From IMG/VR virus record IMGVR_UViG_3300043447_000415, positions 8,568 through 72,567 of that record: a stretch of 64,000 bases of DNA. One strand, written 5' to 3'. This DNA comes from a virus. Its lineage: Duplodnaviria > Caudoviricetes. The translations under genes and the position numbers were made by a program. The notes beneath the pieces were generated by a model that had not been told where the DNA came from, made no database searches, and worked only from the letters and a program-made list of their open reading frames with translations. Numbering within the stretch: position 1 is the stretch's first letter; every line of letters begins with the position of its first letter. Below, piece by piece: positions 19,101 through 28,204 of this stretch.

Positions 19101-19965
19101 CCACAACAGCGCCACTGCCAAGGTTCACGATGTCATCGTCACCAATATAGAACGTGCCGGGGCCAGATGTGATGCGCAGGGATGGGCTGCTGTTGCTGAA
19201 ATCCAGATAGGCGCCGGTCAGCGTACCGCCGCTCAGGGGCAAGGCGTAGCTACCGAAGTTTGCGCTCGTCAGTACTGTTTTCCAGGCTGTCCAAGTTGAG
19301 GAATCCGTCTGGTTGCGGAACTGCATGAGTCCACCGTAGGTGAACGTCATTTGCAGCGGGCCGAGAGAGCCACTCGAGTTGAAGACCAAAACGCCTTGGC
19401 TGTCGCTAGAGTTGTTCTGCGTGTAGAAGCCGTTTGCCGTGGCTGTGTCGATGCTGGCGGCTGCAACTGAGCCTCGGTTTCTCATCCACGGCGCGTCGTT
19501 GGCCAAGCTACCAGCGCTGCCGGAAATCGACCCACTGCTCGTGATATAGCCACTCGGGTTGGTGCTGTTGTAAGGGGTGAACCCCAGCGCCGAGGTCACG
19601 TTGCCGCTGGTGAGCGACAAGGTGCCGCCCAAGGTGAGGTTGCCCGAGCCTGTGACGGTGCCGGAGAGGGTGAGGCCAGAGACGGTGCCCGTGCCGCCCA
19701 CCGAGGTGACCGTGCCCGAGCCTGCGCTCGAGTTCACCCAGTTGGTGCCGTTCCAGGACAGACCCTGCCCTGTCGCCAGGGAAGAAAGAACCACATCGGA
19801 AAGTCCACTCAACTGCCCGCTGCCCACCTGGACGATGTTGGTGCCGTTGTTGATCCAGATTTTCCGGTCCGCCATGTTGACGGCCAGTTCGCCCGACGAC
19901 AGGTTGGAAATGGTTGGAGCAACCCCCGCAGAATTACTGCGCTTGGGCTTGAGTATATTTGGCAT
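16186..19965 (-). CDS. long tail fibre with C-terminal peptidase S74 intramolecular chaperone
   Basis: N-terminal KRSNS...GELAVNMAD; repeated LHAGNY(S/T)SY modules; YSDEKLK cleavage motif and coiled coil. Confidence 0.9.
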   Translation of the reverse strand: MPNILKPKRSNSAGVAPTISNLSSGELAVNMADRKIWINNGTNIVQVGSGQLSGLSDVVLSSLATGQGLSWNGTNWVNSSAGSGTVTSVGGTGTVSGLTLSGTVTGSGNLTLGGTLSLTSGNVTSALGFTPYNSTNPSGYITSSGSISGSAGSLANDAPWMRNRGSVAAASIDTATANGFYTQNNSSDSQGVLVFNSSGSLGPLQMTFTYGGLMQFRNQTDSSTWTAWKTVLTSANFGSYALPLSGGTLTGAYLDFSNSSPSLRITSGPGTFYIGDDDIVNLGSGAVVATPSSRISSGVSIFSTHAYATGQGDNKTHFGYYNGSSYVNYIRGAATYFDSGTLQIGGNQALHAGNYSSYALPLSGGTVTGVTTFSNASDTQIILNGGGTSWAGISWTDVAGTDYTWFNGSTSTFAIGGGGSAVSGKKLHVNGGMTIGSGYAATSNPTNGLNVEGAIQQAGNQVLHAGNYTSYSPSLGGSGASGIWGISVTGSARRIGFEDGPRNLSDRLPNSFTRTVNFDFVGAGVGNGSGNYAGVMTFSPWTGTSASTGDSSYQLAFANGSGVNASGQPKLSIRNGIDSTWNAWYTLLHDGNYSSYALPLSGGTVTGALNVSRQRLSFSSTYNDANHSIYNNYNNIDGEGGWDGMKMNVFDGLRIRVGNASGVTPATLLALSSSSVRINTQLQVGQNTNGTAHIDAFGGIARFSRDNTAYGLHLDGNNYASFVNANGYVTIGPLNTSHSHFQTDRPSFYFNKDVLVDGQLYRYSGNLPYLHSGNYTSYSSFIGAVTSGGNNGFRNDVYYGGVRNPIWSFGNATTYGISYFQGGAGIGGADTFGVSVNGSTSATGVNFAVTPSASYVNNNVVLHAGNYTSYSPSLTGSGASGTWGINITGSAGSVSGFKSFGTIYINPNGTNANCTTAQLIAHLTTLGMFNFAHSVAKCAWDYAGNNDLTDTGFGTVDMAGCVIETWINSAEKHVRITRPTTGAGGFQVLVYNDQGSGYAPGWRAMMTSENIASYAPTLSGGGASGTWSINVTGSAGSVAWSGVSGKPTTVAGYGITDAVSSSTLSSYLPLAGGSLTGNLSLTGNVTVNNASPTIYLQDTDNNSAMLHCNSNLMYILRGANNSTSWAQVGGYWPVYWDLTNNNATFGGSIWAAGNITAYSDEKLKTNWSDLADDFVARLAQVKSGVFDRTDTGKRQVGVSAQSLQKVLPEAVDYHEKEDLLSVAYGNAALAAAVELAKDNVDLRARVAKLEALVSKLIEG

Positions 19966-20038
19966 GTGACTCCCCTTCTGACCTATCTAGGTCGGGTTTA
20001 AAGCCCCCTATGTAGGGGGCGGTTTATTCATTCGTGAC

Positions 20039-22114
20039 TTAGAAGGTTCCGCCGTCGATGGTGATTCCGTCAAACGTGGCGAGGTTGATGATCGAACCGC
20101 CTGTGATGGCCACAGCACCTGCGTTCTGGGTGGACATCGTGCCCAGGCCGGTGATGTCGGTGTTGGGGATGGTTGCGGACGCCGTCATGGCGGCAGTGCC
20201 AGCACCCTTCACGTAGCCAGTCAGAGTCGTGGCACCTGTACCGCCGTTGCCGACAGACAGAGCCGTACCAGACCAGTTCGAGTTGTTGATCGAGGACAGG
20301 ACGGCCAGCGAGCCCAGGCCCAGGGTCGAGCGTGCGGCGGTGGCATCAGCGTCATCGACCAGTGTGCGGCCGAAGGCGGTAAAGGTCGCGAGTGCAGCGG
20401 TGCCGGAGCCTGTGAAGTAAGGCAGGCGGTCAGCAGCGCTGACCAGACCAGCCAGAGCCGTCAGTTCAGCATCCAGACCTTGAGCGTCGGTGATGCCGTA
20501 GCCAGCCAATGTGGTTGGGTTCGTACCTGCACTCACACGACCGTAGGCGTCAACGGTGACGCTGCGGTAGGTGCCCGCAGTACCGATTGTCGCGAGGTCG
20601 ATGTTGTCGGCGTTGACGACGATTCGAGCACTCGAGGCGGTACCGATGTCGATGCTGTTGCCCGACTTGGTCAGGCCCATACCAGCGCTGATCTGGCCAG
20701 CGCCAGAGAATTGCTGGAAGGTGATCGCAGTGGTGTTCAGCGTGCCACCGGGTTCCACAGTGCACACAAAGCCCATGTCGGCGTTGACCGTACCGGACTC
20801 GGCGAAGACGTAAGCGCCAGGCAGCTCGAGCCAGGTGTCAGCATCCAGCGAGCGGGTCCAGGCGCCAGCGGCGACGACGTAGATACCGTTCTGCGAAGCG
20901 GTTGTCTGATCCTTGACCAGCACACGGTCGCCGGCGACGAGCGCGATGCCGTCGATGGTCATCGTGCCGGAGAGGGTTGCAATGTTGGCGGTGGTTGCGG
21001 CGCGGACGGACTGCTTGGGGTCGAGACCCTGCACTGTCATGTCCACGTAGTTCTTGGTCGCTGCGTCCTGTGCGTTCACAGGGTCGGCGAGGTTGGTGAT
21101 CTTGCGGCTGTTCAGCGACACGTCGGCCGTCGGCACAGCCATCTGGTCAAGACGGTTGGTGCGGACTTGAGTGTCGAAGTCGCTGATCTTGGCGGCGGTC
21201 AGCGTCGGGATGTCAGTCGCAGACAGTGTTGTGCCGGCGGTGGCGCGACCTTTCGCGTCAACGGTGAGCTTCGTGTAGGTGCCAGCGGTCACGCCGCTTG
21301 CTGCCAGAGTCAGCGCTGTCGAGGAGCCTGTTGTGCCGGTGCCGGTCGCGTCGCCCGTGAAGGTCAGCGAACTGGAGATCGAAGATGTCGAGACGGCCGT
21401 TACGCGACCTTTGGCATCAACCGTGATGACAGGCACAGCGGTGGCCGAGCCGTAGCTCCCGGCAGTAACGCCCGAAGCGGCCAGTGTCAGAGCTCCGGTT
21501 GCGTTTGCCGAGCCGTCGAAGTTGATCGTCCAGGTGGCGTCGCCAGTCGCAGAGATCGAGCGAGATGTTGCCAGCGTTGTTGCCGTCGAGGCGTTACCGC
21601 TCAGAGCGGCAGTGATGGTGCCGGCCGCGAAGTTGCCAGAGGCGTCGCGAGCGACAACTTTGGATGCGGTGTTGACGCTCGTCGCATCTACCGCGAACGT
21701 CACTCCACCAGAGCCGTTGAACGTGCCGCCAGTCAGGAAAGCTCCTGCCGTCAGCGCGTTGGTCGTGTTCGCAGTGATCGTGATGTTGCCGGAACCGTTG
21801 AACGACACGCCGTTGATCGTGCGTGCAGTCTCCAGAATCGTTGCCGTGCCTGCGTTGCCGCTGATGGAGCCACTGATTGTCTGGAGGAAGGTCTTGACGC
21901 CGTCGATGGTTTGCGAGCCTGTCAGCGCTGCGAAAGCGCCGCTACCTGCAATGGGAATGACAGAGGTTGCACTGCCGCCCGCTCCACCCGTGCCCGAGCC
22001 GTAGTAGAGCGTGAGGTCTTGTTCGTTGAATGCGAGTTCGGCGTTCTGGAGCGAGGCGGGTGCGCCTGCTGCTCCACCGGCTGCGCGGCGTTTGATGCGT
22101 ACTGTATTTGCCAT
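20039..22114 (-). CDS. tail fibre / virion structural protein
   Basis: IKRR...AELAFNE N-terminus; DAATKNYVD; Gly/Thr/Ala-rich modules shared with the other fibres. Confidence 0.78.
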   Translation of the reverse strand: MANTVRIKRRAAGGAAGAPASLQNAELAFNEQDLTLYYGSGTGGAGGSATSVIPIAGSGAFAALTGSQTIDGVKTFLQTISGSISGNAGTATILETARTINGVSFNGSGNITITANTTNALTAGAFLTGGTFNGSGGVTFAVDATSVNTASKVVARDASGNFAAGTITAALSGNASTATTLATSRSISATGDATWTINFDGSANATGALTLAASGVTAGSYGSATAVPVITVDAKGRVTAVSTSSISSSLTFTGDATGTGTTGSSTALTLAASGVTAGTYTKLTVDAKGRATAGTTLSATDIPTLTAAKISDFDTQVRTNRLDQMAVPTADVSLNSRKITNLADPVNAQDAATKNYVDMTVQGLDPKQSVRAATTANIATLSGTMTIDGIALVAGDRVLVKDQTTASQNGIYVVAAGAWTRSLDADTWLELPGAYVFAESGTVNADMGFVCTVEPGGTLNTTAITFQQFSGAGQISAGMGLTKSGNSIDIGTASSARIVVNADNIDLATIGTAGTYRSVTVDAYGRVSAGTNPTTLAGYGITDAQGLDAELTALAGLVSAADRLPYFTGSGTAALATFTAFGRTLVDDADATAARSTLGLGSLAVLSSINNSNWSGTALSVGNGGTGATTLTGYVKGAGTAAMTASATIPNTDITGLGTMSTQNAGAVAITGGSIINLATFDGITIDGGTF

Positions 22115-22386
22115 TAGAAGTTTCCTCCGTCCGTCAGGCTCGGTGCTGAGATGTTGATGACCTTGTTAGCTCCGATGGCCAGGATGTCCCCGTCCGCCGG
22201 ACTCGTGAGCTGAACGGCCAAACCGCCGATCTGATTCGGACCTGGGTCTCCCCGATCGCCCTTGTCGCCCTTGTCTCCTTTTTCCCCAGAGGGTCCTATC
22301 ACACCTTCGGAGATAACCTCCGCAGGCTGATCGTCAATCACGACAACCGAGATTTCCTCGGTCGTCTGGACAATTTCAAAGTCCAT
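22114..22386 (-). CDS. small collagen-like (G-X-Y) virion protein
   Basis: [20 protein letters not shown]. Confidence 0.65.
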   Translation of the reverse strand: MDFEIVQTTEEISVVVIDDQPAEVISEGVIGPSGEKGDKGDKGDRGDPGPNQIGGLAVQLTSPADGDILAIGANKVINISAPSLTDGGNF

Positions 22387-22726
22387 CTTTGGTGACTCCG
22401 GGTGTGACCGTGAGCTTGCCTTCGATGAATCGAATTTCTTGGCCGCTTGGCGCGTAGAGCTTCAAGTCATACACGCCGGAAGTGATGGCATCTGTATCGT
22501 TGGCGGCAACGTCGAGCTGTACGACGCCTGGGCCAGGGAATGTGATTCGCCCGTTGGCTGTGGACAGCTCGAGAATCACGTTCGCGGAGGTCGCGGACGG
22601 ACGCACCTGCATCTTGGCGGTGTAGCCAGTCAGGGGCACGGGGCGCTTGTTCTTGTCGCGCCATACCAGACGCTTTGTGAAGGTCGCACCCTGTTCGATC
22701 GAGATGTTCAACTTTGCGGCGGGCAT
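22376..22726 (-). CDS. virion/tail accessory protein (QGATF-type N-terminus)
   Basis: IEQGATF...YTAKMQVR...YDL; tail-module context. Confidence 0.65.
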   Translation of the reverse strand: MPAAKLNISIEQGATFTKRLVWRDKNKRPVPLTGYTAKMQVRPSATSANVILELSTANGRITFPGPGVVQLDVAANDTDAITSGVYDLKLYAPSGQEIRFIEGKLTVTPGVTKDGL

Positions 22727-22747
22727 GGATGTTCCAAAATTTGGGCC

Positions 22748-22790
22748 ATTCTAAGGCCGAAAAGCCGAGAATGTCAAGTCAGTCATGACT
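22748..22790 (-). promoter_or_regulatory. sigma70 promoter TTGACA-18-TAGAAT with operator abutting -35
   Basis: -35 at 22772-22777, -10 at 22748-22753; AGTCAgtcaTGACT at 22777-22790. Confidence 0.72.
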
Positions 22791-23278
22791 TATTTGCCAG
22801 ACTGAACGACTTTTTGAATGTATGCGTGCAAGCCGCTTACTTGATCTCTGAGGCTGTCAGCTTCGAGCGCCATGCTTCGATATTCTTCTGAGCACGTTCC
22901 AAGTAGCTCTCGGGCGATACGGGCTTCATCAGAGAAGGCGACGGATTCGGGATTCGAGGGGGCTGGACGGGCATTGAGTCGATTGATTTGGTCGCGCAGC
23001 CCTGTGTCAGAGCGGCGAGCAGCAGCGTCCCGAGAAGCCAGCAGCTTGTCTTTCTTGGCGAGTTCATCTGTAAGCCTTTCGTTTGTCGTCACGAGTTGAC
23101 GCTCTTTGTCTCGCGCCATTGATTCTTGTCGCGCAGTCGCGTTGGCGACTTCGAGCTTGTAGGCCGCGAACTGAGTCGTAACCGAGTTCTTGCCGACGTA
23201 TTGGGTGACGCCGAACGCCAGCAGCGCCAGCGCAAGCGCACCCCAGAGGTAGTCCTTGATGCCGATCAGGAAGTTCAT
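22790..23278 (-). CDS. Rz: i-spanin
   Basis: N-terminal TM plus coiled coil, follows the endolysin. Confidence 0.85.
   Translation of the reverse strand: MNFLIGIKDYLWGALALALLAFGVTQYVGKNSVTTQFAAYKLEVANATARQESMARDKERQLVTTNERLTDELAKKDKLLASRDAAARRSDTGLRDQINRLNARPAPSNPESVAFSDEARIARELLGTCSEEYRSMALEADSLRDQVSGLHAYIQKVVQSGK
22837..23067 (-). CDS. Rz1: o-spanin lipoprotein embedded in Rz
   Basis: Lipobox LTQG-C, Pro-rich, alternative frame inside Rz. Confidence 0.82.
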   Translation of the reverse strand: MNSPRKTSCWLLGTLLLAALTQGCATKSIDSMPVQPPRIPNPSPSLMKPVSPESYLERAQKNIEAWRSKLTASEIK

Positions 23279-23760
23279 GCGCCCTCACCGATGCAGGTGC
23301 GGTATTCGTCCTGACGGCGGCTCGTCAAACCTTTGACAGTCACGCCTTTGACCTTGTCCCACTTCAGGAGCTCCTTGCAGGCTCCCGCGTAGTCCAAAGC
23401 GTTCAGCTTCTTGGTCAGGGTCGATTTGCAGAACGCCGTCTCGCCCACGTTGTAGGTGAAGCTGACGTACGCCTGGAACTCGTAGGGGTGCATCGGGACG
23501 GGCGCACAGCGCTTGACCGCTTGCTCGAACCGGGTTGCGTCGCGCAGCAGGTCAACCAAGGCGCGAGTGGGGTTGGTCTTCTGACCCATCTTGACCGGCG
23601 TTCCATCAGGATGGCGAGTAGTGCCATGCCCGAAGGTGGGCACATCCCCAGGAACGGGAATAATGGCGTTCTCGGTATAGCTCTCATGCAGAGCAATACC
23701 TACAAGCGTAGATGCGGCCAGTACTAGGCTGCCGACGGCGACTCGAGGCTTGGAAATCAT
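23275..23760 (-). CDS. GH24 lysozyme, probable SAR endolysin
   Basis: Hydrophobic N-terminus, HE...PGDVPTFGHG, SFTYNVG, GL..RR..E; start moved to ATG 23760. Confidence 0.9.
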   Translation of the reverse strand: MISKPRVAVGSLVLAASTLVGIALHESYTENAIIPVPGDVPTFGHGTTRHPDGTPVKMGQKTNPTRALVDLLRDATRFEQAVKRCAPVPMHPYEFQAYVSFTYNVGETAFCKSTLTKKLNALDYAGACKELLKWDKVKGVTVKGLTSRRQDEYRTCIGEGA

Positions 23761-23978
23761 TCGGAATCCTTTTGTGCAAGAAGACGAGTCACGAAGGCGC
23801 CACTCACAACAAGCGCCACCAATGAAGCTGACGCCCAGCGCGGCCACGGCAGGCTGTCTGTGACGACGGGGAGAATGACTTCGACGCCCGAAAGCACTCC
23901 CGCAAGCAGCATCAGTCGAATGCTCCAGGCGCGACGAAGGACGTGTCGCCAGTCGGGGATGAGTTCGGGTTTCTTCAC
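23757..23978 (-). CDS. holin (2 TM)
   Basis: LIPDWRHVLRRAWSIRL, two hydrophobic segments, overlaps the endolysin start. Confidence 0.75.
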   Translation of the reverse strand: MKKPELIPDWRHVLRRAWSIRLMLLAGVLSGVEVILPVVTDSLPWPRWASASLVALVVSGAFVTRLLAQKDSE

Positions 23979-24077
23979 AGACGTTTGCTCATTAGTGACT
24001 TATGGTTTGTGAGTTAGTGATATTTCTGCAAATACCACACCTTATTGCCAAGAATCAGTTTTCAATATGTCCTTGGA

Positions 24078-24316
24078 TTAAGTGATCGCTTCAAGCGGCT
24101 TTCGACCGCAGATCAAGTGATGAAACTGTTTTTCGCGACTCATCTTAATGTTACCATAGCTCTGTTTGTCGGTGAGGCCGGCCTCGCCTTGAGCATGTTC
24201 TTGAGAGAGCCTGCAAAGCGCGTGCGCTGAAAGCCATAAGCCTCCACTAAGTGCTTTGCGACCAGCCTCTTGCCGCTGCCTGCTACGTCGAGAATGACGG
24301 CGATCTTTCGGGTCAT
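24078..24316 (-). pseudogene. degenerate dNMP kinase fragment
   Basis: ATG 24316 gives MTRKIAVILDVAGSGKRLVAKHLVEAYGFQRTRFAGSLKNML, then a frameshift into AGLTDKQSYGNIK...GRKP; P-loop damaged, C-terminus missing. Confidence 0.7.
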
Positions 24317-24868
24317 TGCTTAATTCTTTCAAGACTTTGCCTTAAGGCGTCCCAAGACGAGCTTCTCGACAAACAGAACCCCCAAACCCACATAAGCCTC
24401 GGATTGAATCCCTGAACAAGATTCACTTCATGTGGCAGGTGCGAAACGGGGTAACAAATTAAATCGCCCATCGGCATCTGATACACGTCTTCATCGATGA
24501 CTACGTCCCCACCAGAATCCGGTGGAGAAACGATCATGTTGCAGTGAACCGTGATGGTGCTCTCGTGCCACACCGGATCAACGTGCCGGTAGCATGTGTC
24601 CCCCAGGGTAGGCGCAACTGGCAACCATTCCATCCTTGAAAGGTATGGGTCGGACATTAAATTCTGCAATGGATGAAGCGATGCTGGACTGAAGCTCGTA
24701 GCTTTCCTTGGGAAACTGAAAACCATCATGGCTGTACCGGGTCGTTAATCTGTTGCCTTTCATGTTGGCGTCACGAAAGAATGGGCAATGGAGGTGCTCG
24801 GTAATCCATCTCGCCAACGCGCTGCAATGGGTGGCGCTCGCAAACTCTCGAACGTAAAAAGGCTTCAT
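24313..24868 (-). pseudogene. 2OG-Fe(II) oxygenase split by a one-base frameshift in a G5 tract
   Basis: ORF 24578-24868 joins ORF 24313-24729 at plus-strand CCCCC 24600-24604; HVD...PHEV...PR ligands lie in the second frame. Confidence 0.75.
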
Positions 24869-25231
24869 TCAGGCGGATGTGCAGATTGCCGCAGATAAGG
24901 TGAGTGGATTCACGCCGGCAGGGATCATGGACGGATCAAGAATCTCGCCTGTGTCCTTGTCGCGCAAGGCATGGATGCAGTAGGCCACGGTCTCATCGGT
25001 GAGCGCCTCGAGTTGATGCACCTTGTCCTTGTGGATGTAGATCATGTGCGGGGCGATGAACTCCGTGCTCACACCCTCCACCGTCACCTTGAGCTTGCCT
25101 TTGGCGAGCAAAGTGAGATGATCGAACTGGTGCGTGTGACCAATTTCTGTGTCGCCAGTTTTCTCGAACCGCATCATGCGTGAGAAGAGGTTTGCAACAC
25201 ATCCGATTTTTACTTCTGGCGACGACTGCAT
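24869..25231 (-). CDS. cupin-fold protein
   Basis: GHTHQFDHLT...HQLEAL...YCIH metal-binding cupin motifs. Confidence 0.78.
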   Translation of the reverse strand: MQSSPEVKIGCVANLFSRMMRFEKTGDTEIGHTHQFDHLTLLAKGKLKVTVEGVSTEFIAPHMIYIHKDKVHQLEALTDETVAYCIHALRDKDTGEILDPSMIPAGVNPLTLSAAICTSA

Positions 25232-25233
25232 GA

Positions 25234-25593
25234 TTAAACCTTGGTCACAGGAATATCACCTGACGATGGAGTTGCTGAAATCTTAATGATGTCAGGCTTA
25301 GGGTATCGGGTTTTGATTTCTTGAATTGCTTCTTTCCACTCTTGGATACCCTTGTGATAAATAATGTCAAGTTGCTCTTCGATAGACGGGTATTTAAGCC
25401 TCCGAAGTTGGTCATAACCCAAGCCCAATTCTTCTTCGGGTGGAGAAGTGCGCTTGAATTCTTCAACAATTGCATCAATCTCTTCAGAGCTTGGTTGCGG
25501 AACGGCTGTCGACCTCCACTCAACTTCTGAGTTGGTTACGGAAAAATCGACGCCGGGAAATTTGGCGATTAGCGCTTCAAACAAAATAGACAT
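25234..25593 (-). CDS. tail fibre assembly chaperone-like (XkdW-type)
   Basis: PQPSSEEI...Y...RRLKYPSIEEQLD...W...IK..YPKP. Confidence 0.65.
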   Translation of the reverse strand: MSILFEALIAKFPGVDFSVTNSEVEWRSTAVPQPSSEEIDAIVEEFKRTSPPEEELGLGYDQLRRLKYPSIEEQLDIIYHKGIQEWKEAIQEIKTRYPKPDIIKISATPSSGDIPVTKV

Positions 25594-25603
25594 TGCAATC
25601 TCC

Positions 25604-26245
25604 TTAAAGCCAATTCAAGAATTGAATCGAAGTGCTTTTAATGCCCCACGATTCCTCTTGACCAGAGCCGTTACCCATTCTTGCCGCGAAAACGAATGTT
25701 ACTCCTGCCTGCAACAATGATCCGGGGATGTCGACATCAACCGAGTGCTGCCGATCGACAAAGTTAGCAACGGTACTTCCATTGGTACTCCATACTGCGG
25801 GAGCCCAAGATGCTTCCGAGCTAAACCCATAATTGTTGGTGATGCGAGTCGAGCCTCCGTCGTCGGTGTTCTCGCCAAAATTACCAATAACGCGAACACG
25901 CATTCCGCGAGGAACACCGCTCGTTTTAAGGGTCATGCTAACAGTTGCTCTGTTGTAGATGGTAGTCCAAGCACTGTAACCATCGTTATAGGCGTAATAG
26001 TCGCCTGCATCCGTCTGATAACCATGATCGCCGTTACCGTAATAAGTACCTGCTTGACCGGTCGAGTTGTCTGCACGATGGTAGGCATAACGCCGAATAT
26101 AGGTTTTATTGCGGGTAACCGATGTGCTTGTCAGGCCGACCCCAAAGATTGCATTGAGTGCAGCCGTGTCTGTCATGAACGGGCTTGAAGACATGGTTGT
26201 GCCATCATTAAAAAGAATGTCGGTGTTTCTGAGTGATACTGGCAT
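25604..26245 (-). CDS. putative receptor-binding adhesin / fibre tip
   Basis: MPVSL..T.ILFNDGT N-terminus, aromatic/Gly-rich; between the fibre and the chaperone; lower GC. Confidence 0.55.
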   Translation of the reverse strand: MPVSLRNTDILFNDGTTMSSSPFMTDTAALNAIFGVGLTSTSVTRNKTYIRRYAYHRADNSTGQAGTYYGNGDHGYQTDAGDYYAYNDGYSAWTTIYNRATVSMTLKTSGVPRGMRVRVIGNFGENTDDGGSTRITNNYGFSSEASWAPAVWSTNGSTVANFVDRQHSVDVDIPGSLLQAGVTFVFAARMGNGSGQEESWGIKSTSIQFLNWL

Positions 26246-26246
26246 T

Positions 26247-28154
26247 TCAAGCCCCTTTCATTTCGTTCAGTTCGCGGCGCAGCAAGACTACTTCTCGCGC
26301 CAAGGCAATCGATGCCGCGAGCGCGGCATTTCCATAAGCAACCGAGAGGATTCCAGCGGTATCTTGGCCAACAGCCCAAGGGAGCACGCGACGAAGACTC
26401 TGAGCACTGACGCCCACCTGCGTGATGCCATTATCGGTTCGATCGTAGACGCCCATTTTTACGGTCGCCAATTCAGCGATAAAGTCTTCGGCCAGATCGC
26501 GCCAATTCGTCTTGATGCGCTCGTCTGAGTTTGAGGTCACGTTACCGGCAAAACTAGCATTTCCCGAAGTATCGATTCCAATCAATTCAGTCGAGGCTAC
26601 GCCAGCACCATTCGTCGTGGAAAGACGGACAACACCGGTTGCATCCAGGTACAAACCACGCGCATGTGCTCCCGGTATGTGCATCTCCCACATGGCGGTG
26701 CCAGCGCTTTGCACCTGCGCTCTGCCACCAGTGAAGGTTGCGAGGCCAGAGAGTGTCTTGTTACCACCAATGGTTTGATCGCCAGTTGTATAAACGCCGT
26801 TCGTTACGGTGGCGGCATTACCGCTGCACGCCGCCGCCGTGGAAGCTGTGGCCGCATTGCCTGTAATCGCGATCGCCCATGTGCCCGAAGCACCTGCGCC
26901 GGTCGCACTGGGTGCGCCCACTGAGTTGTAGCTGATCGTGCGAGCGATGCTGCCGTCGAAAGAGGTGCCTGAAGCGACACCCGCACCGCCGTTGTTGAAT
27001 GTCAGCGCGGCAGGCGTGCTGGCTGTGATCGTGATGTTGGCGCCTCCGTTGAAGGAAATGCCGTTGATTGTTCGAGCCGTCTGAAGCGTTGTTGCTGTCG
27101 CGGCGTTACCCGTCGTGCTCTGATTCAGCGTGGCGATGTAGCTTGCGGCAATGACGTCGCCGTTCCACACCGACCCTGTGCCAAGCGTCTTGTTGGTGAG
27201 GGTCTGGGTCGAGTCGGTGTTGACCTGAATCTTGCTGCCGGCTGCGGTGCCGAGAACGATCAGGTCATCATCTGTATCCCATTCGATACGCCCTTCGGCA
27301 GTGGGCGCCGCTGTCGTGGATTGAACCAGCGTGATCGCTGTGCCAGCAATCGTGCCGCCCGTGATCGCGACTGCGTTTGCAGCCTGCGTACCCATTGAGG
27401 CGACACCCAGGTTCGTACGAGCCGTTGCGGCGTCTGTGGCTCCAGTTCCGCCATTTGCGACGGCGATCGCACCGCCGCTCCATACCGACCCCGAACCGAG
27501 CGTCTTGTTGGTGAGAGTTTGAGTGTTGTCGGTGTTGACGACCGTTCTGGTGCCTGTGCCTGTGCCGATCCTCAAGACATCATCGTCGGTGTCCCACTCC
27601 ATTCGACCTTCGGCAGTTGGAGCTGCCGTGGTCGATTGGGTCAAAGTAAGAGCTGTTCCGGTGATGCTGCCACCAGTGATCGCTACTGCGCCCGCCCCTT
27701 GAGTGGCCATTGTGCCGAGCGCTGCGGTCGAGACGGCCGTCACTAGACCTTTGGCATTGACGGTTACGACAGGAACTGCGGCAGTCGAGCCGAATGTGCC
27801 GATGTTGGAGTTGACCGTAGGCAGCGTTGCGGCGATGGAGAGGTTTGCAGAGCCTGTCCAACCGGCGGAAGTTGCGGTTACGTCACCCGTGAGTGAGACT
27901 GTGCGGGCGGTTGCCCAGGCGTTGGCGGTTGTGACGTTGATTGAATAGGTTGATGCGAGATCGACCCAGGATGTTCCGTTGAACTTCTCCCACTTCGACG
28001 CCGCCGAGGTCCAACGCTGTGCATTGGTGGGCGCGTTCGAGACGGTGGTAAGCGCTGGGTCCAAACCATAGGCGAGGTCGTCCAGCCGAGCGTCCAGCTC
28101 GGCGGTGTAGTTCACATACGTGGACGCGGTGGTTGGGAGTTGCCAATTTGCCAT
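26247..28154 (-). CDS. second tail fibre with S74 chaperone
   Basis: NSDERIKTNW C-terminal domain similar to fibre 1; internal tandem duplication. Confidence 0.85.
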   Translation of the reverse strand: MANWQLPTTASTYVNYTAELDARLDDLAYGLDPALTTVSNAPTNAQRWTSAASKWEKFNGTSWVDLASTYSINVTTANAWATARTVSLTGDVTATSAGWTGSANLSIAATLPTVNSNIGTFGSTAAVPVVTVNAKGLVTAVSTAALGTMATQGAGAVAITGGSITGTALTLTQSTTAAPTAEGRMEWDTDDDVLRIGTGTGTRTVVNTDNTQTLTNKTLGSGSVWSGGAIAVANGGTGATDAATARTNLGVASMGTQAANAVAITGGTIAGTAITLVQSTTAAPTAEGRIEWDTDDDLIVLGTAAGSKIQVNTDSTQTLTNKTLGTGSVWNGDVIAASYIATLNQSTTGNAATATTLQTARTINGISFNGGANITITASTPAALTFNNGGAGVASGTSFDGSIARTISYNSVGAPSATGAGASGTWAIAITGNAATASTAAACSGNAATVTNGVYTTGDQTIGGNKTLSGLATFTGGRAQVQSAGTAMWEMHIPGAHARGLYLDATGVVRLSTTNGAGVASTELIGIDTSGNASFAGNVTSNSDERIKTNWRDLAEDFIAELATVKMGVYDRTDNGITQVGVSAQSLRRVLPWAVGQDTAGILSVAYGNAALAASIALAREVVLLRRELNEMKGA

Positions 28155-28175
28155 GTGTATTTCTCTTGGTGTCCG

Positions 28176-28204
28176 ATATTATGTCACGAATGACTTTTGG
28201 TCAA
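28176..28204 (-). promoter_or_regulatory. sigma70 promoter TTGACC-17-TAATAT with operator in spacer
   Basis: -35 at 28199-28204, -10 at 28176-28181; TGTCAcgaaTGACT at 28182-28195. Confidence 0.72.

Noticed and set aside
22114-22386. Eukaryote-derived collagen
   Set aside because: Only a short G-X-Y run, which is common in phage virion proteins
24078-24332. 84-aa ORF as an independent gene
   Set aside because: Better explained as the second frame of the dNMP kinase pseudogene
16186-28154. Diversity-generating retroelement or invertible fibre cassette
   Set aside because: No reverse transcriptase, no TR/VR pair differing at adenines, no invertase or inverted crossover sites seen
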